A stretch of DNA of 64,000 nt, taken from positions 67,150 through 131,149 of the forward strand of contig JBNJDX010000001.1 in the NCBI GenBank assembly GCA_051745285.1, given 5' to 3'. The stretch comes from Spirochaetota bacterium. Its GTDB lineage: Bacteria; Spirochaetota; Spirochaetia; CAKZLE01. Below are positions 10,075-19,834 of this stretch, piece after piece. The translations under genes were made by a program, and so were the position numbers. Numbering within the stretch: the stretch's first letter is position 1; each line of letters begins with the position of its first letter. The notes under the pieces are model-generated. The model made no database searches. It worked only from the letters and a program-made list of their open reading frames with translations, and was not told the origin of the DNA.

Positions 10075-11502
10075 TTATAGGTCCTCCTGCCCCATAACAT
10101 CCTTATCAGGGTCTTTTGTCAGAGGCCTGGAGGTGTAGGTTTTTGGAAGTATAATATTCAGGAATATGGCAGAGAGCCCGCCTGTGGTTATTGGGCTGCC
10201 AAACATATTAGAAAGAAAAGGGCCAAGCTGGGAGAGCACCTCCGGAACAAGGACTACTCCCATCCCAAGACCAAGACTAATGGCAATAATGAGTACACCG
10301 CGCCGGTTGATCGTGCTTGTGGCGATGATACGTATTCCGCTTGCTGCAATCGTACCAGCCATAATGATCATAGCCCCGCCGATAACCGGATTGGGTATAA
10401 CACTGAATAAACCGCCTACAATGGGGAACACACCAAACAGAACAAGCAGGCCGGCAATGTACATGCCGACGTATCGGCTGGCGACACCAGTCATCTGGAT
10501 CACTCCATTATTCTGGCTGAAGGTTGTATTGGGAAAACTGTTAAACGCCCCGGCAATCGCCGAGTTTATACCATCGCCAAGCACACCGCCAGAGATACGT
10601 TTGAGATAGAGTTTCCCTTCAACAGGCTGGCCGGAAATCATACTGGTAGCCGTAAGATCTCCCATGGACTCCACCGTAGTGATCAGATACAGCAGGGCCA
10701 TTGGCAGCACATACGGCCAGGAAATTGATAATCCGTATTTAAAGGGTATCGGAACGGTGACCCAACCCAAGGTGCCCATGGAAGAGAAATTCACTTTACC
10801 CATAAGACCTGCAACAATATAACCAACCATCATTCCAAGAAAAATTGAGCCCATCCGAAGCCACTTATTCTTGCTGCGGTTAAATATGACCACACAAACA
10901 AGAACTATGGCCGCCAGTAGGAGATTGTCCCAGGAACCGAACAGCTCGGTTTTATTTTCCAGAAGCCAGGCTCCGCCTCCAACATCGGTTATGCCAACTT
11001 TAATGAGATTGAATCCTATGAGCAGCACAACGACTCCACTTACCAGCGGAGTGATGATCCTGCGAAGGAATGGTATAAAACGGCTGAAACCGATTTCTAC
11101 TACGGAGCATAGCATGACCGTACCGAAGATACTTGCCATCATCTCTTCCTGGGTCCCCCCAGCAGCTTTCACGTAGAGTCCCATACCGATTATGGTCGCC
11201 AGAAACGTGAAACTCGTCCCCTGTATTGACAGAAGGCCTGAGCCGACCGGCCCGAACCTTCGGCACTGAATAAACGTTGCTACTCCAGAGACAAGCAGCG
11301 ACATGGAAATCAAATACCCCTTCATAGACTGGTCGACGCCAAGGGCGCCGGAGATGACGATTGCCGGGGTGATTATGCCAAGAAAAATCGCCGCAAGATG
11401 CTGCAGGGCAGAAACAATTGCCTCCCCCACAGGCGGATTATCATGCAGCTGGAAAATCAGCTCGTCTTTTGCCTCGTGGACCACAGTACTTTCACCACTC
11501 AT
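10075..11502 (-). CDS. NCS2-family nucleobase (xanthine/uracil) permease
   Basis: Polytopic membrane protein, trimmed to MSGESTVV after an AGGAGAG RBS. NCS2-like segments are present (FLGIITPAIV, NTTFSQNNGVIQMTGV). Confidence 0.85.
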   Translation of the reverse strand: MSGESTVVHEAKDELIFQLHDNPPVGEAIVSALQHLAAIFLGIITPAIVISGALGVDQSMKGYLISMSLLVSGVATFIQCRRFGPVGSGLLSIQGTSFTFLATIIGMGLYVKAAGGTQEEMMASIFGTVMLCSVVEIGFSRFIPFLRRIITPLVSGVVVLLIGFNLIKVGITDVGGGAWLLENKTELFGSWDNLLLAAIVLVCVVIFNRSKNKWLRMGSIFLGMMVGYIVAGLMGKVNFSSMGTLGWVTVPIPFKYGLSISWPYVLPMALLYLITTVESMGDLTATSMISGQPVEGKLYLKRISGGVLGDGINSAIAGAFNSFPNTTFSQNNGVIQMTGVASRYVGMYIAGLLVLFGVFPIVGGLFSVIPNPVIGGAMIIMAGTIAASGIRIIATSTINRRGVLIIAISLGLGMGVVLVPEVLSQLGPFLSNMFGSPITTGGLSAIFLNIILPKTYTSRPLTKDPDKDVMGQEDL

Positions 11503-11663
11503 AGTTTTTTTCTCTCTCTCCTGATTTTTTGGAATATCGTGATTGTACCATGGTTTTTTCGGCACTAATAGAAAAACCGTCAAACTCCTTTTTGCTACAT
11601 ACTATTTCTGATTGAGTTCCCCCTGGTTCTCGTATAAACTGAAGCGGTATAGGAGTATCATAG

Positions 11664-13922
11664 ATGAGCACACAGAGAGCCTTCAGAAACGACGGTTATG
11701 CAAAAGTCACCGGCAGAGCACAGTATGCCGACGACTTTCTTTTTGCCGGGACACTGCATATGGTGCCTGTATATGCAGACTATGTGGCTGCTGAACAGGT
11801 GAAGGTAGCATACGATCAAGCCCTGTCTGTTTCGGGTTGTGTGGATGTTCTTACCGCCGAACATGTTCCAGGCTCATCTATGTTTGGTCAGATTGTGAAG
11901 GATTATCCAATTCTGGTCTCAGATACTATTCGGTCCTGGGGTGATGTCCTCGCCCTGGTCGTGGGGGAAAGTCGGGACGCGGCTTTAGAGGCAGCTGCTG
12001 CTGTTTCGGTGACAGCCAAACCGATTAAGCCAATTCTGACCATTGAGCAGGCTATGCAGCCGTATGCCCGGGTGGTCTCCTCCTGGGGAGACTCAAACAT
12101 AGTAAATCACCACACCATGCAGCATGGAGAGATCGGCTCTGCGTTCGATGGATGTGAATTGGTTGTCGAGGAAGATTTTGAAACCCAGCCCATTGAACAG
12201 GCCTACATGGAGCCTGAGTCGGCAGTCTGTGTCCCCCGGCACGACGGGGTGATCGAAGTATACGGGAGTATGCAGCACCCGTTCAGTACACGACGGTTTG
12301 TGGCTGCTTTTCTGGGAGAACCTCTATCAAACATCGAAGTATATACCATAGCTGTGGGCGGAGGGTTTGGCGGAAAGGACGACACGGCAGCAGCTGTGTG
12401 CGCCCGCGCCGCCCTGGGAGCCAGGCTGCTGCGTAGACCAGTCAAAATGACCTACACCAGAGAGTGGTCTATCCGGGAATCGTATAAGCGCCATCCGTAC
12501 ACCATGCACTATAAGGTCGGCCTCTCAAGTGAAGGAAAAATCATGGGAGTTGATGCCCGTATTTATGCAGACTCTGGGGCTTACCTCTCAGTCACTCCAT
12601 GGGTTACCTGGCGCTCAACTGCTCAATGCTTCGGACCCTATGCTGTTGATAACGTCCACGCTGAGGTCTATGGTGTTGCTACCAATAACGTATTCAACGG
12701 GGCGATGAGGGGCTTTGGATCACCCCAGGTTAACTTTGCCGTCGAGCAGATCATGGATATTGCCGCTGAACGGCTCGGCATTCATCCCCTGGGGATTCGT
12801 AGAATTAACATGGTCAAACAGGGAAGCACTACCATTACCGGACAGGTTTTGGACCAGCATACTGTCAGCATGGAAGAGGTTATGAACAGCACTGTGCATG
12901 CAGTGGGGTATCGCAAGAAGTATGAAGCATGTTCACGCGGGAAAAGTGAAACCGACGAGCTGTACGGCATCGGTCTCTCTGTGAGTTATCGTGGGTCCAG
13001 CCTCGGGGCTGAGGGAATGGATTTCTGTTCCTGTATCATTAACGGACAATATGACGGTTCATTGCTGCTGGAGACAGGTATCCATGAAAATGGTCAGGGC
13101 TCCGAATCGGTCATGATGCTGGTACTATCTGAGGAGTTGGGTATCAATCTGGGGCGCATTCGATACAGACGATCATCCACGAGTAATATACCAGATAGCG
13201 GCACTACGGTCGCCACCAGAGGAACGGTCATGGGAGGCAGTTCAGTCGTTGTTGCAGCCCGAAAACTTAAGGAACTGCTTTCTAAGCACCTGGCGGACCG
13301 ACTTAAGTGTGCTCCCGAGCAGGTGAGATTCCACAGTGATAAAATCTGGGGACTGACATTTGATCAGAGCCTGACCTGGGAAGAAGCCATGAGGGAACTC
13401 TATCTGCAGCGTATTACCCCATACGCATTCGGCACCTACCAGGCACCTTCGGTGAGCTGGGATGACACCACGGGGCAGGGAAACGCTTACTTCACATATG
13501 TCTACAGCTGTCAGGCTGTAGAGGTATCAGTGCATAAAAAGAGTGGGAAGATCACCCTGCTGAATATTGTCGCCTCGCACGATATTGGCAAGGCGATCAA
13601 TCGAGCCATGGCTATCGGACAAATGCACGGGGGAATCACCCAGGGCATCGGGTATGCGCTGATGGAAGAAGTCAAGCGTGAAGAAGGTCGGATAACCTCA
13701 CTAAACTTTGATAGCTACCGCATTCCCAGAATAACGGATGTTCCTGAAATGACAGGGATCATTGTTGAAAACAGCGACAAGATGTCCCTGACCGGGGCTA
13801 AAGGAATCGGGGAACCGGCTATTGAACTGATTGCTCCGGCAATTGCGAATGCCGTCTATAATGCGACCGGCATTCGCTGCAAAAAGCTGCCAATTACTCT
13901 CAATCCGGAGGACCTATCATGA
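11664..13922 (+). CDS. Xanthine dehydrogenase-family molybdopterin-binding large subunit
   Basis: 752 aa with motifs typical of aldehyde oxidase/xanthine dehydrogenase a/b-hammerhead and MoCo domains (GGGFGGKD, MRGFGSPQ, GIGEPA). Confidence 0.9.
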   Translation: MSTQRAFRNDGYAKVTGRAQYADDFLFAGTLHMVPVYADYVAAEQVKVAYDQALSVSGCVDVLTAEHVPGSSMFGQIVKDYPILVSDTIRSWGDVLALVVGESRDAALEAAAAVSVTAKPIKPILTIEQAMQPYARVVSSWGDSNIVNHHTMQHGEIGSAFDGCELVVEEDFETQPIEQAYMEPESAVCVPRHDGVIEVYGSMQHPFSTRRFVAAFLGEPLSNIEVYTIAVGGGFGGKDDTAAAVCARAALGARLLRRPVKMTYTREWSIRESYKRHPYTMHYKVGLSSEGKIMGVDARIYADSGAYLSVTPWVTWRSTAQCFGPYAVDNVHAEVYGVATNNVFNGAMRGFGSPQVNFAVEQIMDIAAERLGIHPLGIRRINMVKQGSTTITGQVLDQHTVSMEEVMNSTVHAVGYRKKYEACSRGKSETDELYGIGLSVSYRGSSLGAEGMDFCSCIINGQYDGSLLLETGIHENGQGSESVMMLVLSEELGINLGRIRYRRSSTSNIPDSGTTVATRGTVMGGSSVVVAARKLKELLSKHLADRLKCAPEQVRFHSDKIWGLTFDQSLTWEEAMRELYLQRITPYAFGTYQAPSVSWDDTTGQGNAYFTYVYSCQAVEVSVHKKSGKITLLNIVASHDIGKAINRAMAIGQMHGGITQGIGYALMEEVKREEGRITSLNFDSYRIPRITDVPEMTGIIVENSDKMSLTGAKGIGEPAIELIAPAIANAVYNATGIRCKKLPITLNPEDLS

Positions 13923-14425
13923 GTGATTCCATGTTGACAATAAACGGCCGACCGGTTCCAGTCTCACAAAACGAGCTGGAGCTGTCACTGCTGGATTATC
14001 TTCGGGAGCAGCGGCTGCTGCATGGGGTTAAAAATGGATGCAATACAGGCTTATGCGGAAGCTGTACAGTTGCAATGGATGATAAAGCAGTTCGATCCTG
14101 CCGGATCAAGGTCTCAGCAGCAATCGGCACTTCCATCATCACTATCGAAGGTATGGAATACCGCGATGGCACGCTCCACCCCCTTCAGCAAGCCTTCCTG
14201 GACGCCGGAGCAGTTCAGTGCGGCTTTTGCACCCCCGGTATGATTATGTCTTCGTATGTACTGCTGCGTAAAACTCCGGACCCAAGCCGGGAGGCAATCC
14301 GTAAGGCACTCAAGGGGAACCTGTGCCGATGCACTGGTTACCAGCACATCATCGACGCAGTAGAGCTTGCTGCCTCGTATATAAGGGAGCGTAATCTTTC
14401 CACGGAAGCAGGCTCATTACTCTAG
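13919..14425 (+). CDS. (2Fe-2S)-binding small subunit of the xanthine dehydrogenase-family enzyme
   Basis: Both cluster motifs are present: CNTGLCGSCTV and CGFCTPGM...CRCTGY. The start overlaps the large-subunit stop (ATGA), which suggests translational coupling. Confidence 0.9.
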   Translation: MSDSMLTINGRPVPVSQNELELSLLDYLREQRLLHGVKNGCNTGLCGSCTVAMDDKAVRSCRIKVSAAIGTSIITIEGMEYRDGTLHPLQQAFLDAGAVQCGFCTPGMIMSSYVLLRKTPDPSREAIRKALKGNLCRCTGYQHIIDAVELAASYIRERNLSTEAGSLL

Positions 14426-14639
14426 GTTCTGCTTAAAACAATTTCGACGGAGAATTCTTCTGCCCAGCCAGGAGAGCCCAACTGCACGGACAGCTTTCTA
14501 TCATATGAAAACAAGGTAAACCCTGCACACACATGTTGCATACACCTGATCACAAGTGACGTACTACGCACACGGTACACAGGAAACTCCCCCTGGCAAC
14601 TGTAGATTATTAAAAGCTTCCTTTTGCCATGGCAATATA

Positions 14640-14664
14640 AAGCCGCCCCTAACCAGGGCGGCTT
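14640..14664. terminator. Hairpin between the convergent xdh small-subunit and pck genes
   Basis: AAGCCGCCC-ctaacca-GGGCGGCTT forms a perfect 9-bp stem about 25 nt past the pck stop. The flanking U-tracts are weak. Confidence 0.5.
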
Positions 14665-14689
14665 AGTGCCATGTCAGAACTTGTATCGC

Positions 14690-16618
14690 TTAGCAGCAGC
14701 AGTCAGAGCCACAGCCAGGCCGACAGTAATCACCAGGTTTAATCTCAGCGCCACACTTCTCTTTTGCTTCCTGAATCCGACCAATATATTCATCCCATTT
14801 GTTAAAGATAAATTCTGGGCAGTCAGGATCCATTTTTGCAAAGTAAGCCTTTGAACGCTCAAGCTTCTCCAGCCACTTGTCGCAGCGGAAGGTAAACTGA
14901 TACATATACCCTTCGAGTTTATAATCGATATCAAGCAGTTTTTTGAACAACACTCTCAAATCCTCATACAGAGGAATCTTTCCCGTGGGGGTGTCGAGTG
15001 CGTCGTACTCACCGTTGATGCGTCCCTCCGCCCAATGAAGCCAAACCTTCTTAGCAATTTTCTCATTGCAGAATTTGCCTTCGGGAGTCAGCAGGAAGTA
15101 GTTTGTGGAGTATATCTTGGGGACTTCCTTCATTCCTTCGACAAATTTGATGTTGTTTACCGTGTACTCTCCGAGCGGATAGGATACAAAGTCCATATTT
15201 GCCATCGGACTAGGCTTTCGCTGTCCCTCGGCTCCCAGTGTGGCAGAAGTCGTCTCTGACTCAAGCGTACAGGCTTTCAGCAGGATACCCTCCTCCCAGC
15301 TGGCTGATTCTTCCACAGGAACTGTCGTATCACTGTCTCTACCGCCGTAGAGTACGCCCTGTACCTGTACACCTTCTTTTGCATCAAATCCCTCTTTGTC
15401 AAAGTTATCGAGGTAGTCAAGGCGCATAGTATACCGTGCATTCCCATGAGCAACCCCAATTTCATTTCCTTTGGAATCCTTTTTTCCTTTATACCAGTTA
15501 GGACCGGAGTGATTATCACCTGTATCTGGAGTCTCGAGACCCGATCCAAGCCAGTACGGGTTGTTGTCCGGACCGCGGAGTACATTGGAGAAGATAGCCT
15601 CCTGCGGTAACATGAGATTCTTAAAAATAACAGGATCATCTTTTTCATTTACATCCTTGATGATACCGAAGATGCCCTGTTCAACATTGACAGCCCGAAA
15701 AACACCATCTATGTTGCGGAAGTAGGCAATATCATCACCGACAATTTTCTCCCCGGGGATCATTGCTGTAGATGTCTTCCCACATGCAGATGGGTAGGCA
15801 CCGGCGAAATAGGTTTTTCGGCCTTCCTCTTCATTTATGCAGGCCATAACGAACATGTGTTCACATAGCCACCCTTCCTGTCCGGACTTGTTGATAGCCA
15901 GGCGCATTGCATGCTTTTTCAAGCCAACCGAGTTTCCGGCATACTGGGCATTCATTGAGTAGACAATGTTATTTTGGGTGTCCATATAAATTCGACGTTT
16001 GTCGAGATTTTTGGAGCAGTTTCGCTCATCAAGCTCGCCAGCTGAATGTATGAATCTGAAAAAATCATCCTTTTCTGCCGATTTCATATTCTTGAAATGC
16101 TCATACGCCGGGCGGTAGAGGATAGTCTCGGAGTGAGCAACATACCACGAGTCGGTGAACTGAATACACGGAATAGTAAATTCTGAAAACGCGGGGCCCT
16201 CACAGAAGAATTTGACCACGGCATCTTTGCCCTCCATGACATTCTTCGCAATGCCCATGATCTCATCCAGACCGTCTTTGTAGGAGACTGAATTCAATGA
16301 CTTCATCTTTTCAAGGTTTTCCTCGTACACCATGTACTTGGTATTAGCCTTGTCACGCGCCTGGTCCCCATAACCATCCCAGTGAATAGTCTGCCCTTCT
16401 TTAGCAAGTTTAAACTCCTCACCTTTTTCCAGCGCTTTGTCCCGAATGTACTGTTCATCCTCCAGACTGTCGTCGCAGACGTACACACTTGCCGGGTTAC
16501 AGTGCTCTGTAAACAGCCCTACAAAATCCATGACTTTTTCATTCTCGAGTACAGCAAGCCTTTCAAAGCTTGTTTTACTCATTTTGCCTTTAAGCAATTC
16601 CGCATACTTCGAATTCAT
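14690..16618 (-). CDS. pck: Phosphoenolpyruvate carboxykinase (GTP-dependent) with Cys-rich C-terminal tail
   Basis: 642 aa with the GTP-PEPCK kinase-1a region GAYPSACGKTS and conserved blocks throughout. The ORF ends in ...KCGAEIKPGDYCRPGCGSDCCC. Confidence 0.9.
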   Translation of the reverse strand: MNSKYAELLKGKMSKTSFERLAVLENEKVMDFVGLFTEHCNPASVYVCDDSLEDEQYIRDKALEKGEEFKLAKEGQTIHWDGYGDQARDKANTKYMVYEENLEKMKSLNSVSYKDGLDEIMGIAKNVMEGKDAVVKFFCEGPAFSEFTIPCIQFTDSWYVAHSETILYRPAYEHFKNMKSAEKDDFFRFIHSAGELDERNCSKNLDKRRIYMDTQNNIVYSMNAQYAGNSVGLKKHAMRLAINKSGQEGWLCEHMFVMACINEEEGRKTYFAGAYPSACGKTSTAMIPGEKIVGDDIAYFRNIDGVFRAVNVEQGIFGIIKDVNEKDDPVIFKNLMLPQEAIFSNVLRGPDNNPYWLGSGLETPDTGDNHSGPNWYKGKKDSKGNEIGVAHGNARYTMRLDYLDNFDKEGFDAKEGVQVQGVLYGGRDSDTTVPVEESASWEEGILLKACTLESETTSATLGAEGQRKPSPMANMDFVSYPLGEYTVNNIKFVEGMKEVPKIYSTNYFLLTPEGKFCNEKIAKKVWLHWAEGRINGEYDALDTPTGKIPLYEDLRVLFKKLLDIDYKLEGYMYQFTFRCDKWLEKLERSKAYFAKMDPDCPEFIFNKWDEYIGRIQEAKEKCGAEIKPGDYCRPGCGSDCCC

Positions 16619-16677
16619 GTATTACTCCTCTGATTAAAGTTATCCATATTGATACTACCTGTTGTAGAGCAACAAAT

Positions 16678-17523
16678 TCAATAGGTTTCCCCTACACCAG
16701 ACTGAATTTGGTAGGGCTTTGACGTCTCACAACTACCGGACAACCACCGCTTTAATCGCTCAACTCTCCAGAGTGGCAGACCAGCTCCTGTCGTGAGGTA
16801 GGACTCAAATGAGGTGTATTCGCTACGTACGGTGTTAATCATCTCCCGTATCGACTGCTCGTTCACTGTTAAAAAGGGCAGGACGACCTCTTCAGGAATT
16901 TCCAGGCCATAGGTTCCCCGGAACCGTTCAAGATATCGCTGCAGGACCTGCTGATCTTCTAGTGCTGTGCGCTTACTTGCCATGTAATCCCGCACGATCT
17001 CATCGTCCGAAACTCCCACGGCTCCGAGCAGCACAGCAACTAAAAATCCGGTTCTGTCCTTTCCTCCTGCACAATGAATTAAGACTACTGCATCATCCCT
17101 GTCAGTTATCAGCTCAACAGCCCGTTTCACCTGCTGCGTGCACATTCTCGGCATCCGTTGGTAACTCTCTTTTATGTAGGCCTCTCCATCAGCGTCTTCG
17201 GGGTGCTCCGCAGCCCAACGGTAAAACTCAATCACCTGATCAAGCCCAAGAAGACCGCAGCTGAAGTCAATTGAATGCTCCCGGGCTTCAGGGAGAGATA
17301 CATCTGGCTGTGCTGAGCTCTCTGTTGCAGAACGTAAGTCAAGGACATCTGTTATCCCCAGGCTTGTAAGGTAGTCGCAAGCCCACTGAGAAAGCTGATA
17401 CAGTTTGCCCATACGGAACAGCTTTCCCCCCGCAACAGCAGGCACTGAAAAATACTTTGAAACATATTCCCCGACATCCCGGAAGTTTCTATCTTTCGCC
17501 AATTGTTCGACTGTCGTAATCAC
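16678..17523 (-). CDS. Protein tyrosine/serine phosphatase (Y_phosphatase3-like)
   Basis: The CX5R active-site loop HCAGGKDRTG is present. Confidence 0.75.
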   Translation of the reverse strand: MITTVEQLAKDRNFRDVGEYVSKYFSVPAVAGGKLFRMGKLYQLSQWACDYLTSLGITDVLDLRSATESSAQPDVSLPEAREHSIDFSCGLLGLDQVIEFYRWAAEHPEDADGEAYIKESYQRMPRMCTQQVKRAVELITDRDDAVVLIHCAGGKDRTGFLVAVLLGAVGVSDDEIVRDYMASKRTALEDQQVLQRYLERFRGTYGLEIPEEVVLPFLTVNEQSIREMINTVRSEYTSFESYLTTGAGLPLWRVERLKRWLSGSCETSKPYQIQSGVGETY

Positions 17524-17617
17524 GAAGTCCTCCTGAAGATTGATCTATCCCATACTTTCTTATCACTGATACCGACAATTGTAAACTCTCAGGAGACGAC
17601 TATCCCTTCTGTGCATA

Positions 17618-19834
17618 TTGCCCAGAAGAGATCAAAACCCTACAATGATCCCCATGGAAATTATGTCCCCCGCCGGCAGCTTCGACGCAGCCGTTCAAGC
17701 TTTTGCATTCGGTGCAGATGCGGTATATACCGGGCTACAGCGTTTTTCTGCCAGAAACGCCGCTAAAAACTGCTCGCTGGAAGACATACGCAGAATTAAA
17801 ACTCTGGCTGTCGAACAGCACAAACGCCTCTATATCGCCGTCAATACCATCATCAAAGAGGATGAACTAGTAGATGTTGTACAAATGCTCCACTACCTGA
17901 CTCTTCTGGAAGTCGACGGCATCATTGTTCAGGACCTTGGAGTGGCCCACATTGCACGTAAGTATTTTCCCGAACTGCCGCTGCACAGCTCTACCCAACT
18001 GGCTGTCCACAATGCTGAGGGGGTGCGGTATCTTCATTCGATTGGCTTTACCCGGATTGTCCTTGCCCGGGAACTTACCTTGGAGGAAATACATCGTATC
18101 AGAGTGGAGTGTCCCGAACCTGAACTGAAAGTATTTATTCATGGCGCACTCTGTTATAGCGTTTCAGGGCTCTGCCTGGCATCAGGGTTACTGCTTGGCA
18201 GATCGGCGAACAGGGGGCTCTGCGGACAGGTGTGCAGAACCTGGTTCTCTCTTCACAACGGGGAGGATACAGATGCCCCACCAAACGGGTACTTCTTTTC
18301 AATGCGGGATCTTGCTTTGAATGAACATATTGCATCGCTTAAAACCATCGGGGTGGATGCTGTAAAGATTGAAGGCCGGATGAAAACTCCTGAGTACTCA
18401 GCATGGACATCGCACCACTACCGCTCTCTCATCGATACCGGGCAGTCCACTGACGAAGAGAAGACTGCCCTCACCTTCTCCCGCATGCAGAACACAGGAT
18501 GGAGTGTTGGCTGGAAACGTCCAGACCTTGCAAACAGTAGTGACACCCTTACCTCTCCTGCATATCCAGGGCATGTTGGCCTTCTGGCAGGCAAGGTTCT
18601 TGCCTCGGAACATCATAGTGTGCAGGTACAATTAACCCGTCCCCTAGCTATCCGTGATGGAGTACAGGTGTTCCTGCCTGATACTCAGCATCCCGGACTG
18701 CTTGAACCGGTAGCTTTTGCCGTCCGTGCCCTGGAGGACAAAAATCGTAAGGTTCTCCTCTCAGCAGATGCTGGGGCTCTTGTCTGGATTAGCTCCCCCC
18801 GTCGAATACCTGTTGGAGCATCCGTGTATATCACCTCGCGACACGATATGGGGCTCCCTGCAACTAATCCTGCTTCAATCTCACCGTACAGACTCCCTCT
18901 GAGTGCTCAATTTGCAATTGGCAAGCGACACATCAGTGTTTCTGTGAAAGTAGAACAAATCTCATTTCACCATGAATACACCTTTGACCTTACCCCTGAG
19001 CATGCGAACAAATCCAATCCTTTTCGCGAGGTTCTTGAAAACCATTTTTCAAGTTCCAACCGGCAGTTCTGGTTTACCATCAGCACGGAATTAATCTCTA
19101 ACACCAGCGGTTATGAAGATGACCGCCTGTTTTATCCTCCGAAGGAACTCAAGCGACTAAAACACGATCTGCTTGCATCCCTCCAGGAACAGATTGAGAA
19201 ACACATAGAAGCACGCTCATACCAGATTACCGCACCCCGGAACAAACAACCGGCTCAAAGGGCTCAGCTCCCCCCCAGAAGCCGCATTACTCAGACGGGC
19301 ACGGTCTTTGGCGATGGTGTCTACCTCGCCCTGCCCCCGCTCCAGCTTCCGGGCACTGCTTCACTGAAGGAGATAGAATTTACCCTGAAAAGGCTGCGGA
19401 CTGACTATCCCGACAAACAGATCGTGGTAGGCATCAGCAATGTCGGACAGATTCCATGGTACCAGAAACAAGAGGGTATCCAGTGTTTTATTGACGGGTA
19501 TCTCTACTGCTCCAACCATGCTACCAGTGAGCTGCTCAGGCGCGAGTTGCCTGACTGCCTAGGCGGATACTACTGGCCGGAAGAAAGCATCGGCAGCGAA
19601 AAGCTCCTTTCAGTCCCCTGGAGTATCCCCATGCAGGAGGTCGACCGCCCTGCTATCTATCCTCTCTTTATCAGCCGTTCCTGCTTCAGGAGGGACAGTC
19701 TCAACCTTCCCTGCAGCTCCTGCAGACATGATAAACATCACATCTACCACCTCAGACAACAGCAGAAAACGTTCACGGTAGTGGTTGACCACTGTATAAC
19801 GAGTGTTTATCTCGAAGAAGAAAACAAACCATAG
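17618..19834 (+). CDS. Peptidase U32-family protein, long form (probable Fe-S dependent hydroxylase-type enzyme)
   Basis: The N-terminus has U32 blocks (ADAVYTGLQRFSAR, EGRMK). The Cys motif CYSVSGLC-X15-CGQVC fits CX6CX15CX3C. At 738 aa, it carries roughly 350 aa of C-terminal extension. The true start may be the internal Met at 17645 or 17654. Confidence 0.8.
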   Translation: MPRRDQNPTMIPMEIMSPAGSFDAAVQAFAFGADAVYTGLQRFSARNAAKNCSLEDIRRIKTLAVEQHKRLYIAVNTIIKEDELVDVVQMLHYLTLLEVDGIIVQDLGVAHIARKYFPELPLHSSTQLAVHNAEGVRYLHSIGFTRIVLARELTLEEIHRIRVECPEPELKVFIHGALCYSVSGLCLASGLLLGRSANRGLCGQVCRTWFSLHNGEDTDAPPNGYFFSMRDLALNEHIASLKTIGVDAVKIEGRMKTPEYSAWTSHHYRSLIDTGQSTDEEKTALTFSRMQNTGWSVGWKRPDLANSSDTLTSPAYPGHVGLLAGKVLASEHHSVQVQLTRPLAIRDGVQVFLPDTQHPGLLEPVAFAVRALEDKNRKVLLSADAGALVWISSPRRIPVGASVYITSRHDMGLPATNPASISPYRLPLSAQFAIGKRHISVSVKVEQISFHHEYTFDLTPEHANKSNPFREVLENHFSSSNRQFWFTISTELISNTSGYEDDRLFYPPKELKRLKHDLLASLQEQIEKHIEARSYQITAPRNKQPAQRAQLPPRSRITQTGTVFGDGVYLALPPLQLPGTASLKEIEFTLKRLRTDYPDKQIVVGISNVGQIPWYQKQEGIQCFIDGYLYCSNHATSELLRRELPDCLGGYYWPEESIGSEKLLSVPWSIPMQEVDRPAIYPLFISRSCFRRDSLNLPCSSCRHDKHHIYHLRQQQKTFTVVVDHCITSVYLEEENKP

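Noticed and set aside
11503-11663. Possible purine riboswitch in the divergent permease/XDH promoter region
   Set aside because: On neither strand did I find the conserved three-way-junction core of the guanine/adenine riboswitch (the UAUAAU...CGUAAAU-like loop-loop elements).
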